The position numbers and the translations under genes are program-made. DNA of 64,000 nucleotides from Chlorobiota bacterium (lineage in GTDB: Bacteria; Bacteroidota; Bacteroidia; Bacteroidales; JAADGE01): assembly GCA_013152535.1 (NCBI GenBank), contig JAADGE010000051.1:70735-134734 (forward strand), in the 5' to 3' direction. Shown piece by piece: positions 20,261-29,853 of the stretch. Every line of letters begins with the position of its first letter. The stretch's first letter is position 1. Under the pieces are notes generated by a model that worked only from the letters and a program-made list of their open reading frames with translations, was not told the DNA's origin and ran no database searches.

Positions 20261-21762
20261 GAAAAGTTTTTTTATTGATATTTTTTTATTTCATTAATGC
20301 AAATTTCTGTAACGCTCAAAACTCTGTATTACAGCAATCTGTCAATGTAAAATTTTCCGATAAGAGTATTAATGAAGCATTAAATATTTTAACTGACAAA
20401 ACGAACTATTACTTTTCGTATGATTTAAGAATTGTTCCCGAGAAAAAAATCATAAGTATCCGTAAAACGAATGTTTCTTTAGAATCAATTCTTGACAGTA
20501 TTTTTACAAAACATGCACATTATCAAATCATAGGAAATCATATTGTAATTACAAAATTAACTTGGGCTGAAAATAAGCACATTACACAAGATACCTTATT
20601 GATATTTTCGGGAAAAATTATCAATGCAAAAACAAAAACTGCCGTTCCGTATGTATCTGTCGGAATTTTAAACACAACAAAAGGAACAATTTCTAATCAA
20701 AACGGTGAATTCTCATTAAAAATTCCTTTAAAATACAGAGACAGTATTGTTTACATTTCAAGTATCGGTTTTAAAAGTCGCGAATATTTTGTTTCTGCTT
20801 TACCTCCGAATAAACAAATAATACAACTAAAACCTGAATATATTTCAATACAAGAAGTAATTATCAGAAATGAAGACCCGGCACAAATTGTAAAAAATGC
20901 AATATATAATACAAAAAAGAACTATATCCGAAAAAAGTGTCTGATAACGTCTTTTTATCGTGAAGGGGTTATTAAAAATAAAATTTTAAATAATTACTCC
21001 GAAGCACTGATAAAAATTTTAAAAACTCCTTATAAAACAATTGCAAATTCTGATAAAATTAAAGTTGTAAAATCACGTAAATTTATAAATGTATTGCAAA
21101 AAGATACTTTACCGGTAAAGTTAAAAGACGGTTTATATTCTTCATTACAATTTGATATTGTTCGAAATAATTTTGATTTTTTTAATCCGGAAGGTATGCA
21201 AAATTATAATTACCGTTTAATTGATATCGTTCCTTTTAATAACCATACATTATTTGTTATAGAATTCAACCGGAAAGAATATATTAAAACGTCGCTTTAT
21301 AAGGGTAAACTGTATATTGATAATAAAACTTTTGCCTTAATATCAGCAGAATTTCAAATTAATTTGAAGTCAGAAAATAATAGTGTAAATTTTGTTGTTA
21401 AAAAGAATCGTAATTTCATTGTAAAACTGAAGTCTGCAAAATACATTGTTAATTATAAAGAAATTAACCGAAAATATATTTTAAACCATGTAAGAGCCGA
21501 TTTAATTTTTAAAATCCGAAAAAAACACAGTCTTTTTGCATCATATTACAAAATATTCTTGGAAAACGCTGCAATATCTTATGATTTCCGAAACATAAAA
21601 AAATTTCAACGAAAAGAAATCTTGAAAAAAAATTCAGTATTTATTGATAATTCATACAGTTACGATGCATATTTTTGGTCTGATGATAATTTTATCTCAC
21701 CTGAAACATCAATAACGGATGCAATAAAAAAAATACGTTCCAAAATAAAATTTACGGAATAA
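20257..21762 (+). CDS. STN-domain + carboxypeptidase-regulatory-like domain protein lacking a plug/beta-barrel (atypical partner of the FecR anti-sigma)
   Basis: Signal peptide. STN-like module (VNVKFSDKSINEALNILTDKTNYYFSYD...VSLESILDSIF...IIGNHIVI). CarboxypepD_reg-like module (FSGKIINAKTKTAVPYVSVGILNTTKGTISNQNGEFSLKIP). The remaining ~300 aa are homologous to the C-terminal domain of 17437..18717. 501 aa in total is far too short for a TonB-dependent transducer. Confidence 0.65.
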   Translation: MRKVFLLIFFYFINANFCNAQNSVLQQSVNVKFSDKSINEALNILTDKTNYYFSYDLRIVPEKKIISIRKTNVSLESILDSIFTKHAHYQIIGNHIVITKLTWAENKHITQDTLLIFSGKIINAKTKTAVPYVSVGILNTTKGTISNQNGEFSLKIPLKYRDSIVYISSIGFKSREYFVSALPPNKQIIQLKPEYISIQEVIIRNEDPAQIVKNAIYNTKKNYIRKKCLITSFYREGVIKNKILNNYSEALIKILKTPYKTIANSDKIKVVKSRKFINVLQKDTLPVKLKDGLYSSLQFDIVRNNFDFFNPEGMQNYNYRLIDIVPFNNHTLFVIEFNRKEYIKTSLYKGKLYIDNKTFALISAEFQINLKSENNSVNFVVKKNRNFIVKLKSAKYIVNYKEINRKYILNHVRADLIFKIRKKHSLFASYYKIFLENAAISYDFRNIKKFQRKEILKKNSVFIDNSYSYDAYFWSDDNFISPETSITDAIKKIRSKIKFTE

Positions 21763-21807
21763 AATTTTAAAAGAAATTTTGAAAATCATAATTTTGACAA
21801 AAAAAAG

Positions 21808-23214
21808 ATGAAAAAACTTACAATATTATTAACGGTTATTTTTTTTGCTCTGCCGAGTTTTTCACAAAACATAATCGGTGATTGGAGTGGAAAACTACAC
21901 GTACAAGGGATACAGTTAAGAATTGTATTTCACATTATCGAAGATAATAATAATTTTAAAGTTACATTAGACAGTCCGGATCAAGCTGCTTACGACCTGC
22001 CGGTTGACAGTTTTTTTATGAAAAACACAAAAATTAAAATGGTAATGACCAAACTTGCTGCAGAATATTCAGGGACAATAAATGCTGCAAAAAATGAAAT
22101 TACCGGCGAATTCAAACAAGCGGGACAAAGTTTTCCTTTAAATCTAAAAAAAGGAAAAATTAAAACCGAAAAGAAAAAACGATATCAGGAACCTGAGAAA
22201 CCGTACCCGTACATTTCGGAAGATATTACATTTAAAAATAAAAAAGCTGATATTACTTTAGCCGGAACCTTAACATTGCCGAATAAAAAAGGTAAATTTC
22301 CGGCAGTTATTCTAATCAGCGGATCAGGAGCACAAAACAGAGATGAAGAATTGCTCGAACATAAACCGTTTTTAATAATTTCTGATTATTTAACGCGTAA
22401 AGGAATCGCCGTTTTACGTTTTGACGACAGAGGAACTGCAAAATCAACCGGTAACTTTAAATCGGCAACAACCAAAGATTTTGCCGAGGATGTTGAAGCT
22501 GCTTTTAAGTATTTATCAGCACGAAAAGAAATTCAAAAGAATAACATCGGACTAATCGGGCACAGTGAAGGCGGATTAATTGCTCCGATGCTTGCAGCAG
22601 AAAATAAAAATGTTGCTTTTATTATTATGCTTGCCGGTCCGGGACTTACCGGTGAAAAAATATTATTAATGCAATCGCAACTTATAGGAAAAGCCGGCGG
22701 AGCAACGGATAAAGAACTGAAAGCAAGTAAGAAACTTAATAAAAAGATATATGCACTATTGAAAAAAGAAACTGATACGAGTTTATTAAAACATAAAATT
22801 AACAACTTATTATCCAAAGAACTTAAAAATCAAAAAGATACCGGAAAATTGTCTCAAAATGAATTAAAAATGCTAATCAGCAGGCAAATAAATATTTTAA
22901 CAAGTCCGTGGTTCAGGTATTTTTTAACTTATAATCCGGCTGAAACACTTGAAAAAGTTACTTGTCCGGTTCTTGCATTATTCGGAAAAAAAGATATGCA
23001 GGTACCTCCTTTCGCTAATGAAAAAGCTGTAAAAAAAGCATTGAATAAAGGCGGAAATACAGATTTTAAAACAATTATTTTGCCGAATTTAAATCATCTT
23101 TTTCAAAAGTGTAAAACCGGTTCTCCGGCAGAATATGCCAAAATTGAGCAAACATTTTCGCCTGTTGCTTTAAAAGAAATTTCGGACTGGATTCTTGCAC
23201 ATATAAAAAACTAA
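21808..23214 (+). CDS. Secreted alpha/beta-fold hydrolase
   Basis: Signal peptide, nucleophile elbow GHSEGG, and downstream Asp/His candidates (GKKDMQVP, LNHLF). Substrate unknown. Confidence 0.75.
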   Translation: MKKLTILLTVIFFALPSFSQNIIGDWSGKLHVQGIQLRIVFHIIEDNNNFKVTLDSPDQAAYDLPVDSFFMKNTKIKMVMTKLAAEYSGTINAAKNEITGEFKQAGQSFPLNLKKGKIKTEKKKRYQEPEKPYPYISEDITFKNKKADITLAGTLTLPNKKGKFPAVILISGSGAQNRDEELLEHKPFLIISDYLTRKGIAVLRFDDRGTAKSTGNFKSATTKDFAEDVEAAFKYLSARKEIQKNNIGLIGHSEGGLIAPMLAAENKNVAFIIMLAGPGLTGEKILLMQSQLIGKAGGATDKELKASKKLNKKIYALLKKETDTSLLKHKINNLLSKELKNQKDTGKLSQNELKMLISRQINILTSPWFRYFLTYNPAETLEKVTCPVLALFGKKDMQVPPFANEKAVKKALNKGGNTDFKTIILPNLNHLFQKCKTGSPAEYAKIEQTFSPVALKEISDWILAHIKN

Positions 23215-23219
23215 AAACT

Positions 23220-23693
23220 ATGGCAGAAAATTTGAGTATTGCAACAAATCTCAGCAAAGAAGAAAAATACAAAACATTAATACCGCAAATAAAAGCATTA
23301 GTTCATAGCGAAAATGATTTGATTGCTAATATGGCAAATATCTGCTCCGTATTGTATTTCGGAATGAACTTTTTTTGGTCGGGCTTTTATTTGGTTAAAA
23401 AAAATGAATTAGTTTTAGGTCCGTTTCAAGGACCTGTTGCATGTACTCGTATCCGATACGGGAAAGGTGTTTGCGGAACGGCTTGGAAAAATAAAAAAAC
23501 ACTGATTGTTCCTGATGTTAATAAATTTTCGAATCATATTGCCTGCAGCAGTGAATCTAAATCAGAAATTGTACTTTGCGGCATTAAAAATAATACCGTT
23601 CAATTTGTGTTAGATATTGACAGTAATAAACTTAATGATTTTGATGCAATTGATGCAAAATATCTCAAAGAAATAATTGAAAAAATTATTTAG
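23220..23693 (+). CDS. msrC: Free methionine-(R)-sulfoxide reductase (GAF-domain MsrC/YebR family)
   Basis: Collinear with E. coli YebR as I recall it: WSGFYLVKKNELVLGPFQGPVACTRIRYGKGVCGTAW, HIACSSESKSEIV, VLDIDS. Confidence 0.85.
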   Translation: MAENLSIATNLSKEEKYKTLIPQIKALVHSENDLIANMANICSVLYFGMNFFWSGFYLVKKNELVLGPFQGPVACTRIRYGKGVCGTAWKNKKTLIVPDVNKFSNHIACSSESKSEIVLCGIKNNTVQFVLDIDSNKLNDFDAIDAKYLKEIIEKII

Positions 23694-25104
23694 AAAGGGA
23701 ATTTACCGGTGTTAATTTCATTTTTATATTTCGTATTGTAAATTGTCCCCAAGTAACAGCAATTAACGAAGCAGTAATATTTCCCGAAACAACACCCCAA
23801 CATAAACCGCTTAATCCGAGTCCCAAATGTATTCCCAAAAACCAACTGAACAATATTTGAAACACAAGTGTTCGCGTAATAGTTATGATTAATGAGTATT
23901 CACCTTTTCCTATGCCTTGAAACATTGATGATGTTAACATGCCGAGCGGAACCGTCGGCAGAAACCAAACTAATTGCCTAAGGGTTCTTATTAAAGTTCC
24001 TGATATATGAACAGTATCTTTGGAATAAGTAAATAAATAAGTCAATTGTGCTGCAAAAATAAAAATAAGAGAAACAATAATAAGTTCAATTAAAAATCCG
24101 ATTTTAATTCCGTAAAAATAACCTGAAGCTAATTTATTCGGGTTTTTTGCTCCGAAAGCTGCTCCGGTAACTGCAGTTACTCCTATTGAAATACCCAACA
24201 AAGGAACTAATCCAATCATAATAATACGCCAGGCACTGGTAAATACCGCTACACCGTCTGTTCCGTCTGTTTTAATAATAAAAGTATTTAGCAGAAAAAT
24301 AGCTAATGCCATTGACATTTGAGCTAAGGAAGCCGGGATACCGACACGCAATATTTCTTTTATGATTTTTCCGTTAAATTTTAAAAAATTGAAATGAAAA
24401 CTGATGTAAGTATTCTTTTTAATAAATAACCAATAAAAAATAAGAATTGATGTAACTGACATCGAAACTAATGTTGCCCAAGCAGCACCGTTAATACCCA
24501 TATTTAAAGTGTAAATAAACAACGGATCCAGTGCCATATTTAATACAGAACCCAAACCCATAGCATACATCACGCGTTTAGTATCACCTTCACCTCTCAA
24601 TATTCCGCTTGCTATATTATTAAAAACCAATATGATAGTTCCGCCAATAATAATTTTCCCGTAACTTACAACTAAGTCAACAACTGAAATTTCTGCACCC
24701 ATCGAAAGAAAGATATTTTGAAGAAGCGGTAAAATAATAATCGTAATCAAAACTGCAACTACAATTCCCATAAAAAGGGTATGCCCCGCAGCCGTATCGG
24801 CAAGTCTTTTGTGTTTAGCTCCGATTTTACGAGAAATTGCCGAACTTCCCCCGACACTGATACCCGATGCCAGAGAAATGATAATCATAAAAACAGGGAA
24901 AAATAAACCGACTGCTGCCAGGCGATCAGAGCCTAAACCGGCAACCCAAATTCCGTCAACAATATTATAAAGTGTTTGAACCAACATAGCAATAATCATC
25001 GGTCCCGAAATTCTGCGTATAGCTTTTTTCGGGTCTCCTAATAAAGTTTCTACACCGCGTGTAGATTTGGTATTTATTCTTTTATCTTCTTGATTTTCTG
25101 TCAT
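23686..25104 (-). CDS. MATE-family efflux transporter
   Basis: 472 aa with 12 predicted TM segments. N-terminal LLGDPKKAIRRISGPMIIAMLVQTLYNIVDGIWVAGLG is typical of MatE repeats. The 3' end overlaps msrC by 8 nt (convergent). Confidence 0.88.
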   Translation of the reverse strand: MTENQEDKRINTKSTRGVETLLGDPKKAIRRISGPMIIAMLVQTLYNIVDGIWVAGLGSDRLAAVGLFFPVFMIIISLASGISVGGSSAISRKIGAKHKRLADTAAGHTLFMGIVVAVLITIIILPLLQNIFLSMGAEISVVDLVVSYGKIIIGGTIILVFNNIASGILRGEGDTKRVMYAMGLGSVLNMALDPLFIYTLNMGINGAAWATLVSMSVTSILIFYWLFIKKNTYISFHFNFLKFNGKIIKEILRVGIPASLAQMSMALAIFLLNTFIIKTDGTDGVAVFTSAWRIIMIGLVPLLGISIGVTAVTGAAFGAKNPNKLASGYFYGIKIGFLIELIIVSLIFIFAAQLTYLFTYSKDTVHISGTLIRTLRQLVWFLPTVPLGMLTSSMFQGIGKGEYSLIITITRTLVFQILFSWFLGIHLGLGLSGLCWGVVSGNITASLIAVTWGQFTIRNIKMKLTPVNSLSK

Positions 25105-25320
25105 AAGCCGACAAAAGTATTAATATTTTAATCAAATTTTAAATTTTAAAATATATATAAATAAAAAAACACCTCCAAATATGTTTTGAAAGTGCTTTCT
25201 TTTCAGAATAAAAAACTGTTAATCAACAACAAAGCTAACTTTAAAATTAACTCTGAATTCCTTAACCTTATTGTCTTTTACTCAAACTGATTGAATTTTT
25301 TTTTTAAGGGTAAGATAAAA

Positions 25321-27297
25321 TTATTTCAAAGTTCTTTTGTAATTAAAATTAACCGAAGGTTGAATTTGTTGCGAGTTTTTATATCTTTTTATCAAAGTAT
25401 TTATTCGATTGCCCGAAGGTTTCTCGAAACTTAAATCTATCAGAAAATTTTTAAACCCTTGTTGCCTGAATTTATTAACATATTGCATAAATGAAACCGG
25501 AATTTCCGGAACGGTGTAAGTAATACCGTCTCTTACAATCTTATAAAAAGTATTGCCGGTATCGTCTTTAAAACTTTCTTCTTCTTTAATTTTTATCGGC
25601 ATACGAGAAATAAACAATCGCGGATAAAAATAAACAGGCATTATTCCGTTTTTGTTTTGATAATTTTCAATGTTTTCGGCATCGTTTTCAACCGGATAAG
25701 TAATGAGTTTTACTTTTTCGGAAAGGAAAAAATCAATTGCTGCATCGTTGTAGGCATACATATTTGAATTTCCGGCAAATATTGCATTTTTAGGTAAAAG
25801 TAATTTTTGGGAAATATGACTTAAAAAGAATTTATTCAAGCCTTTTGCCGTAAATTTTTGAGCAATCTCTTTATAGTATTCTATTTTTCCTTCAGGAATA
25901 AAATGCGGAAATTCAATCCATATCTTGTGCTTAAATTTCTGAATTAAGTTTGAATTTACATCCAAAGTATCAAGATCCTTTTGTGTAAACGAAAAAATAA
26001 TGTTGTCGAAAGCATCAAATCGAATTTTTCGCATCCAATCCAAAGTATCTATTTTTAGGAACAGTGTAAAATTTGTCTTCTTTTGAGGTTTTGAAAATGA
26101 TTTTATAATAATTTTCTTTTTCCCGAAAAGCATTCCGAAACGGATATTATTTTTTCCTTCGGGCAGTTTTGATGAAAATTTCTTTTCAATTATTCCGGAT
26201 AAAAAAACGGAACTTCCCTGTATAAACTTACTTTCTGTTATAACTTGAACAGTTCTTCCTGTTTGTGAAAATTCTCTGACCTTTAAATTAATTTGTTCAT
26301 CTTTTTTCGGATGCTTAATACGAACTCTGAAATTATTATGTAAGTCAAAGTCTGTATTAAATTCAAAACCTGTTTGAGTAATTTTTGTTATTTTTCCAAG
26401 GAATAATCCGGTATTCGGACTATCGTAGGTAACGGCATCGCTTATATCATTGCCAAGAAAATAACTTGTTTTTTTTCTTCCGGTTTCGGTTTTAAGCATT
26501 TCTTGTGCAAGTCTGAGTTTATTTTTATCATCAATAACCATACGGTAAGCACGTGCCACTTTATAAACATAGTCAGAAGATTTGAGTCTGCCTTCAATTT
26601 TTAAGGAATGTACTCCGGCTTCAATTAAATTATGAATATTCTCAATTTGTTGATTATCTTTTAAACTGTAAAAATATTTTGCTTCTTTTCCGGTATCAAA
26701 ACTTCTTCGACAAACTTGTGAACATAATCCTCTGTTTGCCCCGTGTCCTCCGAGGTAAGAGCTGAAATTACACATTCCTGAAAAAGAATAACATAAAGCT
26801 CCGTGAATAAAAACTTCAGTTTCAATCTTACTTTTTTTGTTTACTTCTGCGGCTTCTTTTAAAGTCAGTTCTCTTGCCAAAATTACGCGTTCAAATTGTT
26901 TCTGATAAGAATAAACAGCACCCAAACTGTTGTGATTTGCCATTTGCGTACTGGCGTGAACCGTCAGTGCCGGAAAATATTTTTTTATTATGTGATAAAC
27001 ACCCCAATCCTGAATAATTAAGGCATCGGGTTTTATAGTTTGAAGATAATCCAAGACATCAAGCAATTCCGGAAGTTCATTATTTTTAATAACGGTATTT
27101 AGTGTAATGTAAACTTTACAATCTTTTTTATGGGCTAAATCAATTAAAACCGGAATTTGACGATTTGAAAAATTAAGAGCACGTTCACGAGCATTAAAAT
27201 TTTTCAGTCCCAAATATACGGCATTTGCACCGCCTTCCAAAGCAGCATAAAATGTTTCGGTATTTCCTGCAGGGAGAAGAAGTTCCGGTTTTTTCAT
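25321..27297 (-). CDS. U32-family protein (long YdcP/RlhA-like form)
   Basis: PELLLPAGN...GANAVYLG N-terminus. The U32 signature region is EVFIHGALCYSFSGMCNFSSYLGGHGANRGLCSQVCRR. It is 658 aa with a long C-terminal extension, like the E. coli YdcP-length members. Confidence 0.85.
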   Translation of the reverse strand: MKKPELLLPAGNTETFYAALEGGANAVYLGLKNFNARERALNFSNRQIPVLIDLAHKKDCKVYITLNTVIKNNELPELLDVLDYLQTIKPDALIIQDWGVYHIIKKYFPALTVHASTQMANHNSLGAVYSYQKQFERVILARELTLKEAAEVNKKSKIETEVFIHGALCYSFSGMCNFSSYLGGHGANRGLCSQVCRRSFDTGKEAKYFYSLKDNQQIENIHNLIEAGVHSLKIEGRLKSSDYVYKVARAYRMVIDDKNKLRLAQEMLKTETGRKKTSYFLGNDISDAVTYDSPNTGLFLGKITKITQTGFEFNTDFDLHNNFRVRIKHPKKDEQINLKVREFSQTGRTVQVITESKFIQGSSVFLSGIIEKKFSSKLPEGKNNIRFGMLFGKKKIIIKSFSKPQKKTNFTLFLKIDTLDWMRKIRFDAFDNIIFSFTQKDLDTLDVNSNLIQKFKHKIWIEFPHFIPEGKIEYYKEIAQKFTAKGLNKFFLSHISQKLLLPKNAIFAGNSNMYAYNDAAIDFFLSEKVKLITYPVENDAENIENYQNKNGIMPVYFYPRLFISRMPIKIKEEESFKDDTGNTFYKIVRDGITYTVPEIPVSFMQYVNKFRQQGFKNFLIDLSFEKPSGNRINTLIKRYKNSQQIQPSVNFNYKRTLK

Positions 27298-27386
27298 ATA
27301 AATTATTCGAGTTTCCGAATTGTATGATTTTAATATGCGAAAATGACAAAATTAACATTATTAAAATAACATTAAATTTTTCATAA

Positions 27387-28697
27387 TTATTTATACCTCA
27401 GCCACTTCCATAGCTCTTTGTAAGATATCTTTTTACCGTACATTAAAATTCCGACTTTATAAATTTTTGCTGCAAGCCAAACCGTTGCTAAAAATGTAAC
27501 AATCAAAAGCCCGACTGATAATGCAAGCTCCCAAATTTCATATCTTCCTACGGCAACACGCAAAGGCATAATAATCGGCGAAGTAAACGGAATTATCGAA
27601 AACCAGAATGCCAAAGCACCATCGGGATTTTTTATAATACCTTGTGCGGCAACAATTGCCAAAATCAGCGGAATAGTTACCGGAAGCATAAATTGCTGAT
27701 TATCAGTTTCATTATCAACGGCAGCACCTATTGCGGCAAAAAGTGAAGCATAAAGCAGATATCCTCCGGCAAAGAACATTAAAAATGTACCGATCATTGC
27801 AAACCAATTAAAATTTATAAGACCGAGGATAACTTCCGAAAACTGACTGTTTCCGACAATATTTTCAATTTGTGACGATGACATATTTTGAATTTGACTT
27901 AAATCTTGTCCTTGCGGCATCATACTTTCACCGAAAGCAAAATATACAAAACCTACAATTATTCCCGTAAGCACAGCCCAAAGTATAAATTGTGTTAATG
28001 CAACCATTGCAATTCCTATAATTTTACCTGCCATAAGTTGAAAAGGTTTTACTGAAGAAATCAGAATTTCGACAACGCGATTAACTTTCTCTTCAATAAC
28101 ACCGCGCATTACTTGCACACCGTACATAAAAATAAACATATAAATAATAAAAGCAGAAATAAACCCGATTGCAATTCCGAGTTCGGCAGAACTTATTTTT
28201 TCTCCTTTTGCTGTCAGCGTTTTTGTTTCAATATTTACCGAAACTTTTGCCGAGTCAATCTCAGCTTTGTCTATACCGAGTTTTTTATAGTTCTGTGCTT
28301 CAAGAAAATGGTTTAATTTTGATGATAATTTTTCTTTAATATCTAAATCGGGTGCTTTTTCAGAGTACAATACAAAATCATTGCTTAAAGTATCTAAAAT
28401 AGAAAGCATAGCGGCATCTCCGGAATTTTTAAATTCTTCTTTACGTTTTTTGGCATTTTGTTCATCGGTAAACCTGAATTTTAATGTCTCGGTATCCTGA
28501 AAAGCATCTTTATATTTTCCGGTTTTATCATAAATCGTAATTGTTTTTATTTCATTATTATCCATCATTGCAAGCCAAACGGGAGCAATAAAAATTGCAG
28601 CCATTAAAATTGGTCCGACAATTGTCATAATAATGAAAGATTTTTTCTTTACGCGAGTTAAATATTCTCTTTTTAATATTAAAGATATATTGTTCAT
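27387..28697 (-). CDS. ABC-2 type exporter permease (NatB-like, large extracytoplasmic loop after TM1)
   Basis: Start placed at the ATG at 28697 (MNNISLILKREYLTRVKKKSFIIMTIVGPILMAAIF); the track uses an upstream TTG at 28775. One TM, a ~150-aa loop, then 5 TM segments. Confidence 0.75.
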   Translation of the reverse strand: MNNISLILKREYLTRVKKKSFIIMTIVGPILMAAIFIAPVWLAMMDNNEIKTITIYDKTGKYKDAFQDTETLKFRFTDEQNAKKRKEEFKNSGDAAMLSILDTLSNDFVLYSEKAPDLDIKEKLSSKLNHFLEAQNYKKLGIDKAEIDSAKVSVNIETKTLTAKGEKISSAELGIAIGFISAFIIYMFIFMYGVQVMRGVIEEKVNRVVEILISSVKPFQLMAGKIIGIAMVALTQFILWAVLTGIIVGFVYFAFGESMMPQGQDLSQIQNMSSSQIENIVGNSQFSEVILGLINFNWFAMIGTFLMFFAGGYLLYASLFAAIGAAVDNETDNQQFMLPVTIPLILAIVAAQGIIKNPDGALAFWFSIIPFTSPIIMPLRVAVGRYEIWELALSVGLLIVTFLATVWLAAKIYKVGILMYGKKISYKELWKWLRYK

Positions 28698-28779
28698 TGC
28701 TGTTGCTTTTATAATTATATTTTTGTAATAATGAACTATCCGTGCCGCACTCAACGTGACACGGTCAAAATCCAAACTT

Positions 28780-29697
28780 TTAGTTATTTCCGTTAACTGC
28801 TTCTATAAAAATATCATGCATACTCGGAATTATTTCGTTAAAAGAAATAATATTTCCGAATTGCAGCATTTTAGCCAAAAAATCATTCGGTTTCATTTTA
28901 TTTAAAATCCGAACTTTTAAAACAGATTTATTATCCTGCTGAATGTTTTCAAGTATCTCATAATCAGCAGTTAAACTTGCTGAAAATTTATTAAAATTCC
29001 CTTCAAAAACAATCTTAAATACATCTGATTTAAAATTATTTTTTATATCTGAAACTTTTCCGTCTAATATCTTCTTTGATTTATTAATAAGTGCAATTCG
29101 GTCACATACTTCTTCAACTGAAGCCATATTATGCGTAGAAAAAATAACGGAAGCCCCGTTGTCTCTTAAAGATAAAATTTCTTTTTTTAAAATATCAACG
29201 TTAATAGGATCAAAACCGCTGAACGGTTCGTCGAAAATTAACAACTTCGGTTCGTGAACAACGGTAATAATAAATTGTACTTTTTGTTGCATACCTTTTG
29301 AAAGCTCTTCAACTTTTTTATCCCACCAAGATAAAATGTCGAATTTTTCAAACCAATGCTTTAATTTTCTTTTAGCATCAATTTTATTCATACCTTTCAA
29401 TTGAGCAAAATACAAAGCTTGTTCGCCGACTTTCATTTTTTTGTATAATCCGCGTTCTTCCGGAAGATAACCGATATTCTTTATGTGTTCGGGTTTTAAT
29501 TTTTCGCCGAAAAGAAATACTTCGCCTTCATCCGGTGCCGTAATTTGATTGATGATACGAATTAAAGTTGTTTTTCCGGCACCGTTAGGACCGAGCAATC
29601 CGAAAACAGAACCTTCTTCAACATTTATGCTGACTTCTGATAAGGCTCTGTGATTATCAAATTGTTTAACAATATTGTGTGTTTTTAAAATTTCCAT
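28780..29697 (-). CDS. ABC transporter ATP-binding protein
   Basis: Walker A GPNGAGKTT, Q-loop, signature LSKGMQQK, Walker B LLIFDEPFSGFD and H-loop STHNM. Start taken at MEILKTHNIVKQF (29697). Confidence 0.9.
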   Translation of the reverse strand: MEILKTHNIVKQFDNHRALSEVSINVEEGSVFGLLGPNGAGKTTLIRIINQITAPDEGEVFLFGEKLKPEHIKNIGYLPEERGLYKKMKVGEQALYFAQLKGMNKIDAKRKLKHWFEKFDILSWWDKKVEELSKGMQQKVQFIITVVHEPKLLIFDEPFSGFDPINVDILKKEILSLRDNGASVIFSTHNMASVEEVCDRIALINKSKKILDGKVSDIKNNFKSDVFKIVFEGNFNKFSASLTADYEILENIQQDNKSVLKVRILNKMKPNDFLAKMLQFGNIISFNEIIPSMHDIFIEAVNGNN

Positions 29698-29810
29698 AAA
29701 GCATAATTTGGGTTGCAAAGATATATAAGTTATGAAATTTGCAATAAAAGAATTATCAATTACAAATATTCCCGGTTAAACTGCACATTATAATATAAAA
29801 GAAAAAAAAT

Positions 29811-29818
29811 TACCTTTG
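29811..29818 (+). promoter_or_regulatory. Bacteroidota -7 promoter box
   Basis: TACCTTTG lies 35 nt upstream of the ATG at 29854. It shares an A-run + TAnnTTTG context with the deaD and atp boxes. Confidence 0.4.
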
Positions 29819-29853
29819 TACATCAAATTCTATTCATTTTTAAACTCAATAAT

